The notes: generated from the letters alone by a model not told the origin. Numbered from the stretch's first letter, positions 9,250 to 18,709 are shown. The stretch: 49,992 bases of DNA from Syntrophomonadaceae bacterium (GCA_003550645.1 PUKV01000252.1:1-49992), one strand, 5' to 3'. Made by a program: numbers and translations.

Positions 9250-10703
9250 ATTAAATCCTCCTCGTTGATGACTTCAAGTTTATCTGCTTTTAAGATGATT
9301 TCTTCGCCATTGATTTTAACCACCCAGACCGGTGTCCCCCTGGGAGATGCCTTCGACCCGGTAACAGCATAACTTAAATGCATGTCCTCCAGCCGCATCC
9401 TGGTAAGAAACCCTTCTGAGCGCTCCTTTAATTCTTCCACAGCCTTCGATAAGGCCTCGGACCAGTCAGCAACAATAATTTTCTCCTTATCAGCCCCTAG
9501 AATAAGCTCATCGGCTGCTGCTTCAGCTGCCCCTGCCGGCTTGAAAAGGAACCGGGTAAAATGAAACAGCCCCAGATCATTAAACATAATCCTGGTTGGC
9601 TGCCCGCTAATAAGGGGGTAACCATTAAGATAAATTTTCCACTCAGCTTCGTAAAAGAATTTACCCCCCCGGCTTTCCAGGCCAACACTCTCCAGGCGCA
9701 GGTTATCAGGCCAACCGCCGTGATAGCTGATCAAACTGCTGCTGCTGCGCAGCGCTTCACTATACGATACTGCTGTTTGTCCTTCCTCCAGCCGGGGATA
9801 AGAATATTCAAAACCGAGATCACTCAGGCGAAGTCCCTTTTCACCATCGGTATAAAGCCGACCACCATCCCTTTCTTCAATGACACGGGCCAGGTTATAA
9901 TCTACAAAAAAGGTCTTCAACAATAACTCTTGATCGAGGTTTTCTGCCTCCAGGCTTACTCTTTTCATCACCCTCTCATCGCGGGGCACATAAATTGGAT
10001 TTACAATATCTAGATCCAATTCCAGTTCATCCAAAACAGACCCTGGATCAAAATAACCGGGATCGCGATCATTGTCTTCAGTTGCTTCCTCCTCTGCTTC
10101 CTCTTCCTTTTCTTGCAAAACAGATTCCGGACCAAGATAACCGTAAGCAGGCTCACTACCTGCAGTTAATTCTTCCATAACACCTGTTAACTTACCCACT
10201 CTTTCTTCTCCAACAGGTAAATATTTTTTACCCTCGTCAACCGGGCTTACAACCAACCAGTATGAATCTTCCAGGCAGTATAAGTCCAATCCTTCAATGC
10301 CGCTACCTGAAAGCCCTGATAACCAGGGCATTTCAATACCGGTAGGAAGGGGGGGGTCAAAATTTGCGCTCATGCACATAATCGCTTCCTCGGGCGGCGC
10401 ATTTTGAGAGTCGGTAGAAAAATTATTATCTATATTTTGCAGCAGGGCGGATAACTTATCCCAAATCTTCTCATAACCAGGAGCACCTTTTCTATATAAA
10501 TGAGCACCCTCTTCACAAGAGATTACAATGCGCCCGGGAACAATGACATCTTCAAGCGGCCTGGGTGCTTCCACTTCTACCTGTTCATAAACATCATCAG
10601 CAACCAGTTCGGCCGGCTTTTGTCCGTACCATAGCTGATAAGTCAAAAACAGGCTCAACCCGATCAAGACAAGCAGCAGAAGAGTTTTAAACTGCTCAAC
10701 CAT
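9246..10703 (-). CDS. yycH: WalK regulatory protein YycH (WalH)
   Basis: EQFKTLLLLVLIGLSLFLTYQLW N-terminus, LYTDGEKGL motif, and position after walK. Confidence 0.8.
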   Translation of the reverse strand: MVEQFKTLLLLVLIGLSLFLTYQLWYGQKPAELVADDVYEQVEVEAPRPLEDVIVPGRIVISCEEGAHLYRKGAPGYEKIWDKLSALLQNIDNNFSTDSQNAPPEEAIMCMSANFDPPLPTGIEMPWLSGLSGSGIEGLDLYCLEDSYWLVVSPVDEGKKYLPVGEERVGKLTGVMEELTAGSEPAYGYLGPESVLQEKEEEAEEEATEDNDRDPGYFDPGSVLDELELDLDIVNPIYVPRDERVMKRVSLEAENLDQELLLKTFFVDYNLARVIEERDGGRLYTDGEKGLRLSDLGFEYSYPRLEEGQTAVSYSEALRSSSSLISYHGGWPDNLRLESVGLESRGGKFFYEAEWKIYLNGYPLISGQPTRIMFNDLGLFHFTRFLFKPAGAAEAAADELILGADKEKIIVADWSEALSKAVEELKERSEGFLTRMRLEDMHLSYAVTGSKASPRGTPVWVVKINGEEIILKADKLEVINEEDLI

Positions 10704-12512
10704 CTAATTTCCCTCCTCCAAAGCTGCAGCAGGCAGGGTAAAAGATACCGTGGTTCCTTCACCGGCTGAGCTTTCAATCCATATTTTCCCTTCATGGGCT
10801 TCAATTATTTTACGGGCTATGGACAAACCCAGGCCGGTTCCACCGTAATCACGGCTGCGGGTTTTTTCAACCCGGTAAAACCTTTCAAAAATCCGGGGCA
10901 GCTCTTCTTCACTAATCCCGCTGCCGGTATCCTCTATGACCACTTTGACCTGGTGATCCTCTTTTTCGGCTTTAACAAGGACTTCCCCATCAGGCGGGGT
11001 ATATTTAAGAGCATTATTCAAAAGGTTGGCCAGAACCCGCATTACTTTATCCCTATCAGCTAAAGCCCTGGGAAAATCGGGTTCAATCAGTACATATACC
11101 GGGGGCAGTTCTTCTTTCAGCTTTTGCCTGGCCTGCCCGATCGCTTCTAGTGCCATGTTCCTTAAATCAACCTCGGTTTTTTTCCAGTCCACCCGGTTGG
11201 AATCCATCTGGGATAAAACCAGCAGGTCTTTCACCATGCTGACCATTCTTTCTGTTTCCCTGGCCAGAACATTCAAAAAGCGGGTGCGCGCTTCCGGTTC
11301 TTCTGCCGCTCCATCAAGCAAGGTTTCTACATAACTTTTTACTGTGGCCAGGGGCGTCCTCAATTCGTGGGACACATCGGCAACAAATTCCTCCTGGCGG
11401 CGGGTCAGTTCTCTTTCCCTGGTGATATCATGCAGAACAATCAAAGTTCCGTCAAGCTTACCCTTGTCCACCTTAAACGGCGCGATTTTTACCAGCATTG
11501 TACAATCCGGATCCTGGCTGGAGATTTCCGCGGTTAAAGGTTCCTGCTTGCGGACAAAACGACGGGTAGCTTCCGAGCCAATCAGGCTCCTCAACAGCCC
11601 AAAACCGGAACGGTTATATGCCGGAACTTTCAAGGTTAGGTTTTTAAGCAGGCGGCGGGCGGAGGGATTGATCTGGATTAAGTGACCCTTCCCGTTAAGT
11701 GCGGCCACACCGTCGCTCATATTGTTGATTATGGCTTCAACCTTGTTTTTTTCTGTAGACATTTCATTAATGGTATGGCTAAGGCGTTCTGCAAGGTAGT
11801 TAAATGTTTCTCCCAGCCGACCAATTTCATCGGAAGCCTGGACTTCTATTTTGCGGGAGAAATCACCTCCGGCCATCTCGTGGGCCTGGCCGGTAACTTC
11901 CTTGATCGGCAGTGTAATGGTCCTGGTTAAAACAATCCCCAGCAAAAAACTGACTGCCAGGGCCAAACCTACCCCGCTGAGCAGGAGAGTCTTCACCTCA
12001 CCAAGGGTATCGTCTACTGATTTTAATGATCCGCTTAAATAAATCACCCCGATTATCCTCTGGTTATTTTCAATCGGGTAGGCCATATAGTAACGGCGCT
12101 CTTCATTGACCGGGTCATAGCGCATGTTGTCGCTGAGATTTCCGGCCAGGGCCCTGGTGATCTCATCGCGAATCAGGCGATGCCCCACATTGGCCTGGCT
12201 GCCTGAAGTCCCCACGATCTGGGCATAGTTATCCAGGACAATTATTTCCATTTCATGCAGGTCCCTGAACTCTCTTGCCAGCCGGACAGTATCTTCAGCC
12301 CACTCTTCCCCTTCGCCAAAGCCCGGCTTAATAAAAGCTGAAAGCAACCGGGCCTGGTTTTCAAGATTTTCCTTGTAATTGCTGAGATAATACTGCTCCA
12401 AAGACTGGACCAGGTAAACACTGATCAGTTGTAAGGAGAACAGGATCAGCATCAGGTAGATAAAAATAATTTTCCACTGGAGGCTGTTAAAAATATTAAA
12501 GCGACCTAAAAT
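10704..12512 (-). CDS. walK: Cell-wall sensor histidine kinase WalK (start uncertain: first ATG at 12452, probable non-AUG start near 12512)
   Basis: Two TM helices, HAMP, PAS-like region, HisKA (VADVSHELRTPL) and HATPase (GGTGLGLSI). The frame stays open upstream with WalK-like FNSLQWKIIFIY. Confidence 0.9.
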   Translation of the reverse strand: MLGRFNIFNSLQWKIIFIYLMLILFSLQLISVYLVQSLEQYYLSNYKENLENQARLLSAFIKPGFGEGEEWAEDTVRLAREFRDLHEMEIIVLDNYAQIVGTSGSQANVGHRLIRDEITRALAGNLSDNMRYDPVNEERRYYMAYPIENNQRIIGVIYLSGSLKSVDDTLGEVKTLLLSGVGLALAVSFLLGIVLTRTITLPIKEVTGQAHEMAGGDFSRKIEVQASDEIGRLGETFNYLAERLSHTINEMSTEKNKVEAIINNMSDGVAALNGKGHLIQINPSARRLLKNLTLKVPAYNRSGFGLLRSLIGSEATRRFVRKQEPLTAEISSQDPDCTMLVKIAPFKVDKGKLDGTLIVLHDITRERELTRRQEEFVADVSHELRTPLATVKSYVETLLDGAAEEPEARTRFLNVLARETERMVSMVKDLLVLSQMDSNRVDWKKTEVDLRNMALEAIGQARQKLKEELPPVYVLIEPDFPRALADRDKVMRVLANLLNNALKYTPPDGEVLVKAEKEDHQVKVVIEDTGSGISEEELPRIFERFYRVEKTRSRDYGGTGLGLSIARKIIEAHEGKIWIESSAGEGTTVSFTLPAAALEEGN

Positions 12513-13191
12513 AGTAACCGACGCCCCTTTTTGTTTTTATATACTCAGGTTGGGCGGGATCTTGCTCCAGTTTTTCGCGAAGCCTCCTGATGGTTACATC
12601 AACGGTCCGATCATCTCCAATGTAATCGTAACCCCAGACCTGGTCTAAAAGCTGTTCCCGGCTGAAAACAAATCCAGGCTTCGTGATCATGTAAACTAAA
12701 AGGGTGTACTCGCGCAGGGTTAAATCAATCGCTTTCCCTAGATTATAAACCTGCATTTCGTTTTGATCTACAGTAATGGTGCCAACCATGATCTCATTTT
12801 TGGTGCCATCAGGTTGAAGTTGTTCTGATGTACTGCGCCTTAGAAGCGCTTTGACCCGGGCAGACACTTCACGAGCGCTAAAGGGTTTTGTAACGTAATC
12901 GTCCGCACCCAGTTCCAATCCCAGGACTTTGTCCATTTCCATCTCCTTTGCTGTTAACATAATTATGGGAATATCCGATTGGGAACGAATTTCACGGCAC
13001 ACAGTAAACCCGTCCTTCTGGGGGAGCATTATATCTAAAACTATTAAGCTGGGCTGTTCGGTATTGACAATTTTAAGGGCTTCTTCGCCATCAAAAGCAG
13101 TTATGACATTATAACCTTCCTTTTCAAGATTATATTGCAGTATTTCCACTATTGGCCTTTCATCATCCACTACCAGGATCGTTGCAGGCAT
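12496..13191 (-). CDS. walR: OmpR-family response regulator WalR (YycF)
   Basis: ILVVDDE, LDIMLP, LGADDYVTKPFS, VWGYDYIGDDRTVDVTIRRLREK; heads the walK-yycH-yycI cluster. Confidence 0.93.
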   Translation of the reverse strand: MPATILVVDDERPIVEILQYNLEKEGYNVITAFDGEEALKIVNTEQPSLIVLDIMLPQKDGFTVCREIRSQSDIPIIMLTAKEMEMDKVLGLELGADDYVTKPFSAREVSARVKALLRRSTSEQLQPDGTKNEIMVGTITVDQNEMQVYNLGKAIDLTLREYTLLVYMITKPGFVFSREQLLDQVWGYDYIGDDRTVDVTIRRLREKLEQDPAQPEYIKTKRGVGYYFRSL

Positions 13192-13224
13192 ATTGACCAC
13201 CCCATCTTTTTAGTAAACATAAAA

Positions 13225-13249
13225 CTTCGCTTTTTAGCAAATAAATCCT
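13225..13249 (-). promoter_or_regulatory. SigH-like promoter of walR
   Basis: Minus strand gaAGGA-N17-GAAG. Confidence 0.5.
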
Positions 13250-13324
13250 TCATAAGATCGCCTAAAAAAAGCCGGACCTTAGAATAATCGTCATATTATT
13301 GAACATTTAAGGAAGAAAAACTAA

Positions 13325-14803
13325 TCAAGGTCTAAAAAAGCGCAGGGGATCTACCGGTTTATGTTGATAGTAGGCTCGCCATTCTCCGCTTCCATCATCA
13401 CGCCTGACTTCAAAATGCAGGTGCGGTCCGGTTGAACGACCCGTGGAGCCAACCCTGGCAATGACATCACCCTGCTTAACTGTTGCTCCTTTTTTAACCA
13501 GATTAACCTGGTTATGTAAGTAAAGGGTCCAGTAATTGCCATGGTAGACAATAATATAATTACCCTGCGAACCGCCAAAACCGGAATACCAGACAACTCC
13601 GCTATCGGCAGCAAGGATGTTGGTGCCGGGCTTGGCGTCGATATCAATCCCGGTATGCCATGAACTGAATCCCCTGCCTGGAGTTACCTCACCACCGCCC
13701 TCAACCGGCCAAATAAACTGTCCGGTGCCCCTGGAAGGCACCTGTGCCGTCCCCTGGATTTCTAACTGGGTAACAGGCTCCCTGATCATCCTTTCGCTTA
13801 CTGCGACCCTGTCTACCTCATTACCATTTATCCGGGTCAAATGATATACTGTTTCTTTCCTGCCATCCTGGCCGGGAGTGGCAACCCTGGTTTGAACTAC
13901 CCACATCTCCTCGTCATATTCAATTTCTAGATCATGATGAACTATTTCTGTAACGACAAGCTCTTCAACAGTCTTTACATTAACACCGGCACTGATTAAT
14001 TCATAGTCGAGACCATAGCCCTGGCTGCCGCCAGGGAAGTTTGGTATATTTGAACCGGGAGTGACGTAAACGGATGGCTGATGGTGGCCGGCAAAACTAA
14101 ACGTATTAGCCTGGGACCAGATGTCAGTGGCAATATTTCGATCGGTCTCATTATTGACGAGCAGAGCAATGACCTCTTCACTGCCAAACAAATCCCTGGG
14201 AGCTGCCTCACAGGTCCTGAGAGACAAATCTTCAACCACAGAAACATCGATAATCCTGTTCATCCTGCTTTCATTTAAGTAGGCATTCTCAAAATATTCA
14301 AGCACATCTTCCAACACTTTCTTGGACGCAACCGGAACCAGGGGCTTATCGTCGATCATGAGCAGGTATGCGTCGGTTAAAAAAGTGATCTCCTGCCTGA
14401 TTGTTTCCTCGACGGAGCGGGGATCTGGAATTGTTTCAGGCCGGTAATCTTTCACCAGCCTAATTCTATTCTCGGGCGCCACTACCATACCATAATAATC
14501 ATAAAACCGCCCGGTTAATTCATCAATCAGGTTTTCTACCTGTTTAACATCCCTGACAGCCCCGATTTCCCTTCCATCAAATATAACTATATATACATAA
14601 TTGCTGAAATAACCATGCAAGACCAGGGCCGCAATCAGGATAAAAGATGAGGCAGCAATGAAAGATGAAGCTCTAATCCCCTTTTTTTTAATCAAGGAAA
14701 TAATGTTCTTGATATTACAGATTACTAATTGAAGAAAACCTTTCTGGTTTTTCAGTTTCGGCTTTTTGCCTGCAGGGACAGTTGGGACTGACCAGGATTT
14801 CAT
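13325..14803 (-). CDS. Membrane-anchored M23 family peptidoglycan endopeptidase with G5 domain
   Basis: TM helix, G5-like segment (PGQDGRKETVY...EPVTQLEIQGT), HTGID and TGPHLHFEV motifs. Confidence 0.88.
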   Translation of the reverse strand: MKSWSVPTVPAGKKPKLKNQKGFLQLVICNIKNIISLIKKKGIRASSFIAASSFILIAALVLHGYFSNYVYIVIFDGREIGAVRDVKQVENLIDELTGRFYDYYGMVVAPENRIRLVKDYRPETIPDPRSVEETIRQEITFLTDAYLLMIDDKPLVPVASKKVLEDVLEYFENAYLNESRMNRIIDVSVVEDLSLRTCEAAPRDLFGSEEVIALLVNNETDRNIATDIWSQANTFSFAGHHQPSVYVTPGSNIPNFPGGSQGYGLDYELISAGVNVKTVEELVVTEIVHHDLEIEYDEEMWVVQTRVATPGQDGRKETVYHLTRINGNEVDRVAVSERMIREPVTQLEIQGTAQVPSRGTGQFIWPVEGGGEVTPGRGFSSWHTGIDIDAKPGTNILAADSGVVWYSGFGGSQGNYIIVYHGNYWTLYLHNQVNLVKKGATVKQGDVIARVGSTGRSTGPHLHFEVRRDDGSGEWRAYYQHKPVDPLRFFRP

Positions 14804-14861
14804 TTGATTGTTCCTCTCTGCAATGCCGACGCTATGATGCCCAGGCCTGTTAATAACTACC

Positions 14862-14990
14862 TACATGTAACTACTAAAGTCTAGCCCGCTGGTTAACAGA
14901 AGGCGTTTCCTCACGAACCGATCCCACAGCGCCGCTTATCATTAAATAACAAGGGCAAAACAGGGGCAACAGGCTGAGTAGTTACACATA
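14862..14990 (-). ncRNA. Candidate structured 5' leader RNA (family not recognised)
   Basis: Nested helices on the minus strand with several G-U pairs: 14990-14977/14875-14862, 14975-14967/14891-14883 and a hairpin at 14956-14931. Confidence 0.4.
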
Positions 14991-15036
14991 CGTTAACATT
15001 TGAACACACCACATAAAAGCAACAACCGGGTAAATA

Positions 15037-15061
15037 ATTCGCCATTTATTTCAATTCTCCT
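15037..15061 (-). promoter_or_regulatory. SigH-type promoter upstream of the G5/M23 peptidase
   Basis: Minus strand gcAGGA-N17-GAAT. Confidence 0.65.
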
Positions 15062-15085
15062 GCTCCCTGTACTTACAAGCTCCGG

Positions 15086-16483
15086 TCATTGCCCGGCGTT
15101 CAACCGGCTAACTATTTCCTTTGCTGCCAGCATACCTGTTGCAGAAGATTGAATCAGACCCCTGGTGATACCGGCTCCGTCTCCAACGGCGAAAAGATTA
15201 TCAATACCGGTTTCAAGAACGCTGCTCAAGCACAGTCTGAATGAATAGAACTTAACCTCCACTCCATACAAAAGGGTGTGCCTGGAGTTTACACCGGGGG
15301 CCACTTTATCCAGGGCCTCCAGCATCTCAATTATTGCGAGGAGATAGCGGTAGGGAAGGACCAGACTCAAATCCCCGGGTGTGGCTTCTTTCAGGGTGGG
15401 CTGGACAAGGCCTCGCTTAATCCGCTCCGGGGTAGACCTCCGCCCCTTGAGCAAGTCACCGAGGCGCTGAATAATTACACCGTCTCCGAGCATGTTGGCC
15501 AGGCTGGCAATGTAGCGTCCATAACGAATCGGTTCGGAAAATGGCTCTGTGAAAGTCTTGCTGACCAGCAGCGCAAAGTTGGTATTTTCAGTTTTGCTTG
15601 TGGAAAAACTGTGCCCGTTCACCGTCAGCAAGCCATCATTATTTTCAGTAACCACCACCCCGTAGGGATTCATACAGAAAGTGCGGATCCGATCATCAAA
15701 CTGGCTGGTAAAATATACAAGCTTGGATTCATAGATTTTAGCGGTAACCTCCTCCATAATCACCGCCGGGATCTCAACCCGCACCCCGATATCAACAGGG
15801 TTGTTGAATCCCTTTAAGCCCAGTTTATTAGCCTGCCCGTAAATCCATTCGGCACCGACCCTCCCGGGTCCGCAAACTACATAATTTGCTTTAATATCTT
15901 CACCGGATGCAAGCCTAACCCCTACAATACGGCCATCCCGGTGTAGAAGCTCTTCAACAGTTGTGTTCATCATAATATCAACCCTGCTTTTAAGGGCTTC
16001 CTGCATCTTCTCAAGGATACCGTAACAATTTTCAGTTCCCAGGTGCCTGATTTTTGCCGGTATTAAACTGAGGCCGGCAGCTGCTGAAAGGCGCTCCATT
16101 TTCTTAATCGCTTCAGTGTCCGTTCCAAAAACTGCATCAGGAGCTCCAAAGGAAAGGTAGGTCCGGTCAACCTCATCAATCATTTCCTCAACCACGCTGC
16201 GCTCGACATATTCATCCAGCAAACCACCAAAAGCCGGGGTCAGGGTCAGTTTGCCATCGCTGAATGCACCGGCGCCACCCCAACCGCAGGTAATAGCGCA
16301 GGGATCGCAGCGCAGGCACCGGCCATATTCTTTCTGGGTTTTACAGTTGCGCTTTTCCAGGGGTGCGCCTTTATCGATCATCAATACCCGGACCCTGCTT
16401 TTAGCAGTTAATTCCATGGCCGCGAAGATGCCGGCCGGACCGGCTCCAACTATAATGACATCATAACTGCGGTTTGAATGCAT
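15086..16483 (-). CDS. NAD(P)/FAD-dependent oxidoreductase (uncharacterised FAD-dependent dehydrogenase family) with N-terminal Cys cluster
   Basis: IVGAGPAG dinucleotide fold, C..CLRCDPC..C, GWGGAGAFSDGKL, RTFCMNP and GDGAG. ATG at 16483 after GAAGGGTGAG. Confidence 0.85.
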   Translation of the reverse strand: MHSNRSYDVIIVGAGPAGIFAAMELTAKSRVRVLMIDKGAPLEKRNCKTQKEYGRCLRCDPCAITCGWGGAGAFSDGKLTLTPAFGGLLDEYVERSVVEEMIDEVDRTYLSFGAPDAVFGTDTEAIKKMERLSAAAGLSLIPAKIRHLGTENCYGILEKMQEALKSRVDIMMNTTVEELLHRDGRIVGVRLASGEDIKANYVVCGPGRVGAEWIYGQANKLGLKGFNNPVDIGVRVEIPAVIMEEVTAKIYESKLVYFTSQFDDRIRTFCMNPYGVVVTENNDGLLTVNGHSFSTSKTENTNFALLVSKTFTEPFSEPIRYGRYIASLANMLGDGVIIQRLGDLLKGRRSTPERIKRGLVQPTLKEATPGDLSLVLPYRYLLAIIEMLEALDKVAPGVNSRHTLLYGVEVKFYSFRLCLSSVLETGIDNLFAVGDGAGITRGLIQSSATGMLAAKEIVSRLNAGQ

Positions 16484-16524
16484 TGTCTCACCCTTCATTA
16501 TCCGATGGCTCTGTTGCGATTGTC

Positions 16525-17871
16525 TCAACCTTCTTGACCGGATGGCTCTCTTGTGATGTTGGCAAACTTTGTATAGCGATCAAGAAAATATAGTTCAACC
16601 AGGCCTGTCGGCCCATTACGCTTCTTGGCAATACTGATTTCGGCAATGTTGCCCTTATCAGATTCTTTGTGATAGTACGCTTCCCGGTAGATAAACATAA
16701 CCACGTCTGCATTAGCCTCTATACCGCCCGATTCCATTAAGTCACTGAGGATAGGCCGCCGGTCGGGCCTTTTTTCTACGGCCCGGCTGAGCTGAGACAG
16801 GGCCAGGACCGGGACATTAAGTTCCTTGGCCAGAGCTTTCAGGGCCCGGGAGATCTCAGAAAGTTCCTGCTGGCGGCTTTCTGAACGGCTAAAACCGCGC
16901 ATTAGCTGCAGGTAGTCAACAAATATTGCACTGAGTCCTTTTTCCGCCTTCAGCCTTCTTGCCTTGGCCCTGACTTCCATTACGGAGAGGGAAGCGCTGT
17001 CATCAATAAAAAGCGGTGAATCACTAAGCGGTCCCACCGCCCTGGTCAATTTTTGCCATTCCGCCTGTGATAAAAAGCCGCGGCGCATATTCTGGGCATC
17101 TATCTGCGCTTCAGCACACAGCAGCCGCTGGGCTAACTGTTCCCTGGACATTTCCATGCTGAAAAAAGCAGTTGGCATTTTGTCATTAACCGCAACCTGC
17201 TGGGCAATGTTCAAGGCAAATGTGGTTTTCCCCATACTGGGGCGGGCGGCAACAATAATCAGGTCTGAGTTCTGGAGTCCGAAACACATCCGGTCAAGAT
17301 CAGCAAACCCGGTCGGGAGACCTGTCACACCTTTTTTCTCATCATATAGTTTTTCAATGCGGTCAAAAGTCTGAACCAGTACATCTTTTAAAGGGGCAAA
17401 GCTTTGATGCTTGCCCCGGGTCCCTATTTCAAAGATCAGCCTTTCCGCTTCATCTAAGAATTCATCTACATTGTGCGGGGCTTCAAAGCTGCGGGTAACA
17501 ATTTCTGTAGCAGCCTGGATCAAAGAGCGCAGGATAGATTTCTCCCTGACAATCTGTGAATGATACTGAACATTTGCCGCAGTAGGAACTGAATTGGCTA
17601 GAGTAACCAGATAAGAGCGTCCGCCAATATCTTCCAGGCACTGGTTGCGTTGCAGCTCTTCTGACAGGGTGACCAGGTCGACAGGCTCGCCCTTTTCACT
17701 CAATGAAAGAATGGCAGAAAAAATTTTTTGATGGGCAGTGCTATAAAAGTCCTGGTCTGACAGAACCTCTGCGGCTGAGAAAATCGCCTCCTTATCAAGC
17801 ATCATCGAGCCGAGTACAGATTGTTCGGCCTCTTTGCTTTGGGGCGGAACCCTATCGCTGATTACAGCCAA
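16525..17871 (-). CDS. dnaB: Replicative DNA helicase
   Basis: PPQSKEAEQSVLG, AARPSMGKT, VDYLQL, LSQLSRAVE and RNGPTG. Confidence 0.97.
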   Translation of the reverse strand: MAVISDRVPPQSKEAEQSVLGSMMLDKEAIFSAAEVLSDQDFYSTAHQKIFSAILSLSEKGEPVDLVTLSEELQRNQCLEDIGGRSYLVTLANSVPTAANVQYHSQIVREKSILRSLIQAATEIVTRSFEAPHNVDEFLDEAERLIFEIGTRGKHQSFAPLKDVLVQTFDRIEKLYDEKKGVTGLPTGFADLDRMCFGLQNSDLIIVAARPSMGKTTFALNIAQQVAVNDKMPTAFFSMEMSREQLAQRLLCAEAQIDAQNMRRGFLSQAEWQKLTRAVGPLSDSPLFIDDSASLSVMEVRAKARRLKAEKGLSAIFVDYLQLMRGFSRSESRQQELSEISRALKALAKELNVPVLALSQLSRAVEKRPDRRPILSDLMESGGIEANADVVMFIYREAYYHKESDKGNIAEISIAKKRNGPTGLVELYFLDRYTKFANITREPSGQEG

Positions 17872-17898
17872 TTTAAACTGCCTCCTTTCAGTAGAAAA

Positions 17899-18345
17899 CT
17901 AGGCCTCCTGCTCAACACTGATGGAAACTTCGGCTTTAATACCGGGGTGCAGCTTAACGGATACGGTATGGCTGCCTAAACTTTTAATGGGTCCGTCAAT
18001 TTCGATATCCTTTTTATCAACTTGAAAACCTTTTTCAGATAACTTATCGGCTATATCGGCCGGAGTAACCGAACCAAATAACCGCCCGCCTTCACCGGCG
18101 GGCATGGCGATTACCAGTTCCACGGCCTTCAATTTTTCTGCCTGATCACGAGCTTGCTCTTCCAACTGTTTGTTAAGCATCTCCTCTTTTTCCTGCCGCT
18201 TTTTCCACTCGCGCAGTCTCTGCGGAGTTGCTTCTACAGCCATACCCTTGGGTATAAGGAGGTTCCGGGCATAACCCGGAGCTACATCCTTGAGTTCACC
18301 TTTTTTACCTAAATTTTCAACATCCTGCTGCAGAATGATCTGCAT
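17899..18345 (-). CDS. rplI: 50S ribosomal protein L9
   Basis: MQIILQQDVENLGKKG, GYARNLLIP and GRLFGSVT. Confidence 0.97.
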   Translation of the reverse strand: MQIILQQDVENLGKKGELKDVAPGYARNLLIPKGMAVEATPQRLREWKKRQEKEEMLNKQLEEQARDQAEKLKAVELVIAMPAGEGGRLFGSVTPADIADKLSEKGFQVDKKDIEIDGPIKSLGSHTVSVKLHPGIKAEVSISVEQEA

Positions 18346-18606
18346 TGTCAGTCACTCCTTTCAACCACCACGATATAGTGTTTCTATACCTGCTTAACCT
18401 CACCTGCGTTTCCATGCCTGCATTTTATGCTCGCTTCTGTTTTCCTAAACCGGCCGGGCAGTAGCAGGCAAAGTAGACTAAAAAAATATATATTACAAAA
18501 ATGATTTGTCTAAAAATCAGCTGGTCCAGCCACCAGTTTCATGCCGGGGCGAAAATAACCCGCCTCGAACGCTGTCCTTTTATACGCATAATATTCATGA
18601 TAATTA

Positions 18607-18631
18607 ATTCTCCTCTGACCCGGCTACTCCT
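18607..18631 (-). promoter_or_regulatory. SigH-type promoter upstream of rplI-dnaB
   Basis: Minus strand gcAGGA-N17-GAAT just downstream of the rpsR terminator. Confidence 0.6.
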
Positions 18632-18647
18632 GCATCATGATCCAGGA

Positions 18648-18688
18648 AATAAAAATGACGGTGCCCGGGTAGATCTCCCGGCACCGTC
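18648..18688 (-). terminator. Intrinsic terminator after rpsR
   Basis: GACGGTGCC...GGCACCGTC stem followed by ATTTTTATT on the minus strand. Confidence 0.75.
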
Positions 18689-18709
18689 TTAAAAGCGGTT
18701 ATCAAAAAC

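Noticed and set aside
14881-14990. c-di-AMP (ydaO) or c-di-GMP-I riboswitch suggested by GCCCGCTGGTTAAC..AGGCG and GGGCAAAAC
   Set aside because: These fragments are on the plus strand, antisense to the M23 gene, and the other conserved elements of either riboswitch are missing
14981-14998. WalR box upstream of the G5/M23 peptidase (minus strand TGTTAA-cgtatg-TGTAAC)
   Set aside because: It does not fit the TGTWAH-N5-TGTWAH consensus in half-site sequence or spacing, and it overlaps the predicted RNA helix
18501-18692. 63-aa plus-strand ORF in the rpsR-rplI gap
   Set aside because: It is opposite to the local gene direction, overlaps a terminator and a promoter, and has no recognisable RBS or motif
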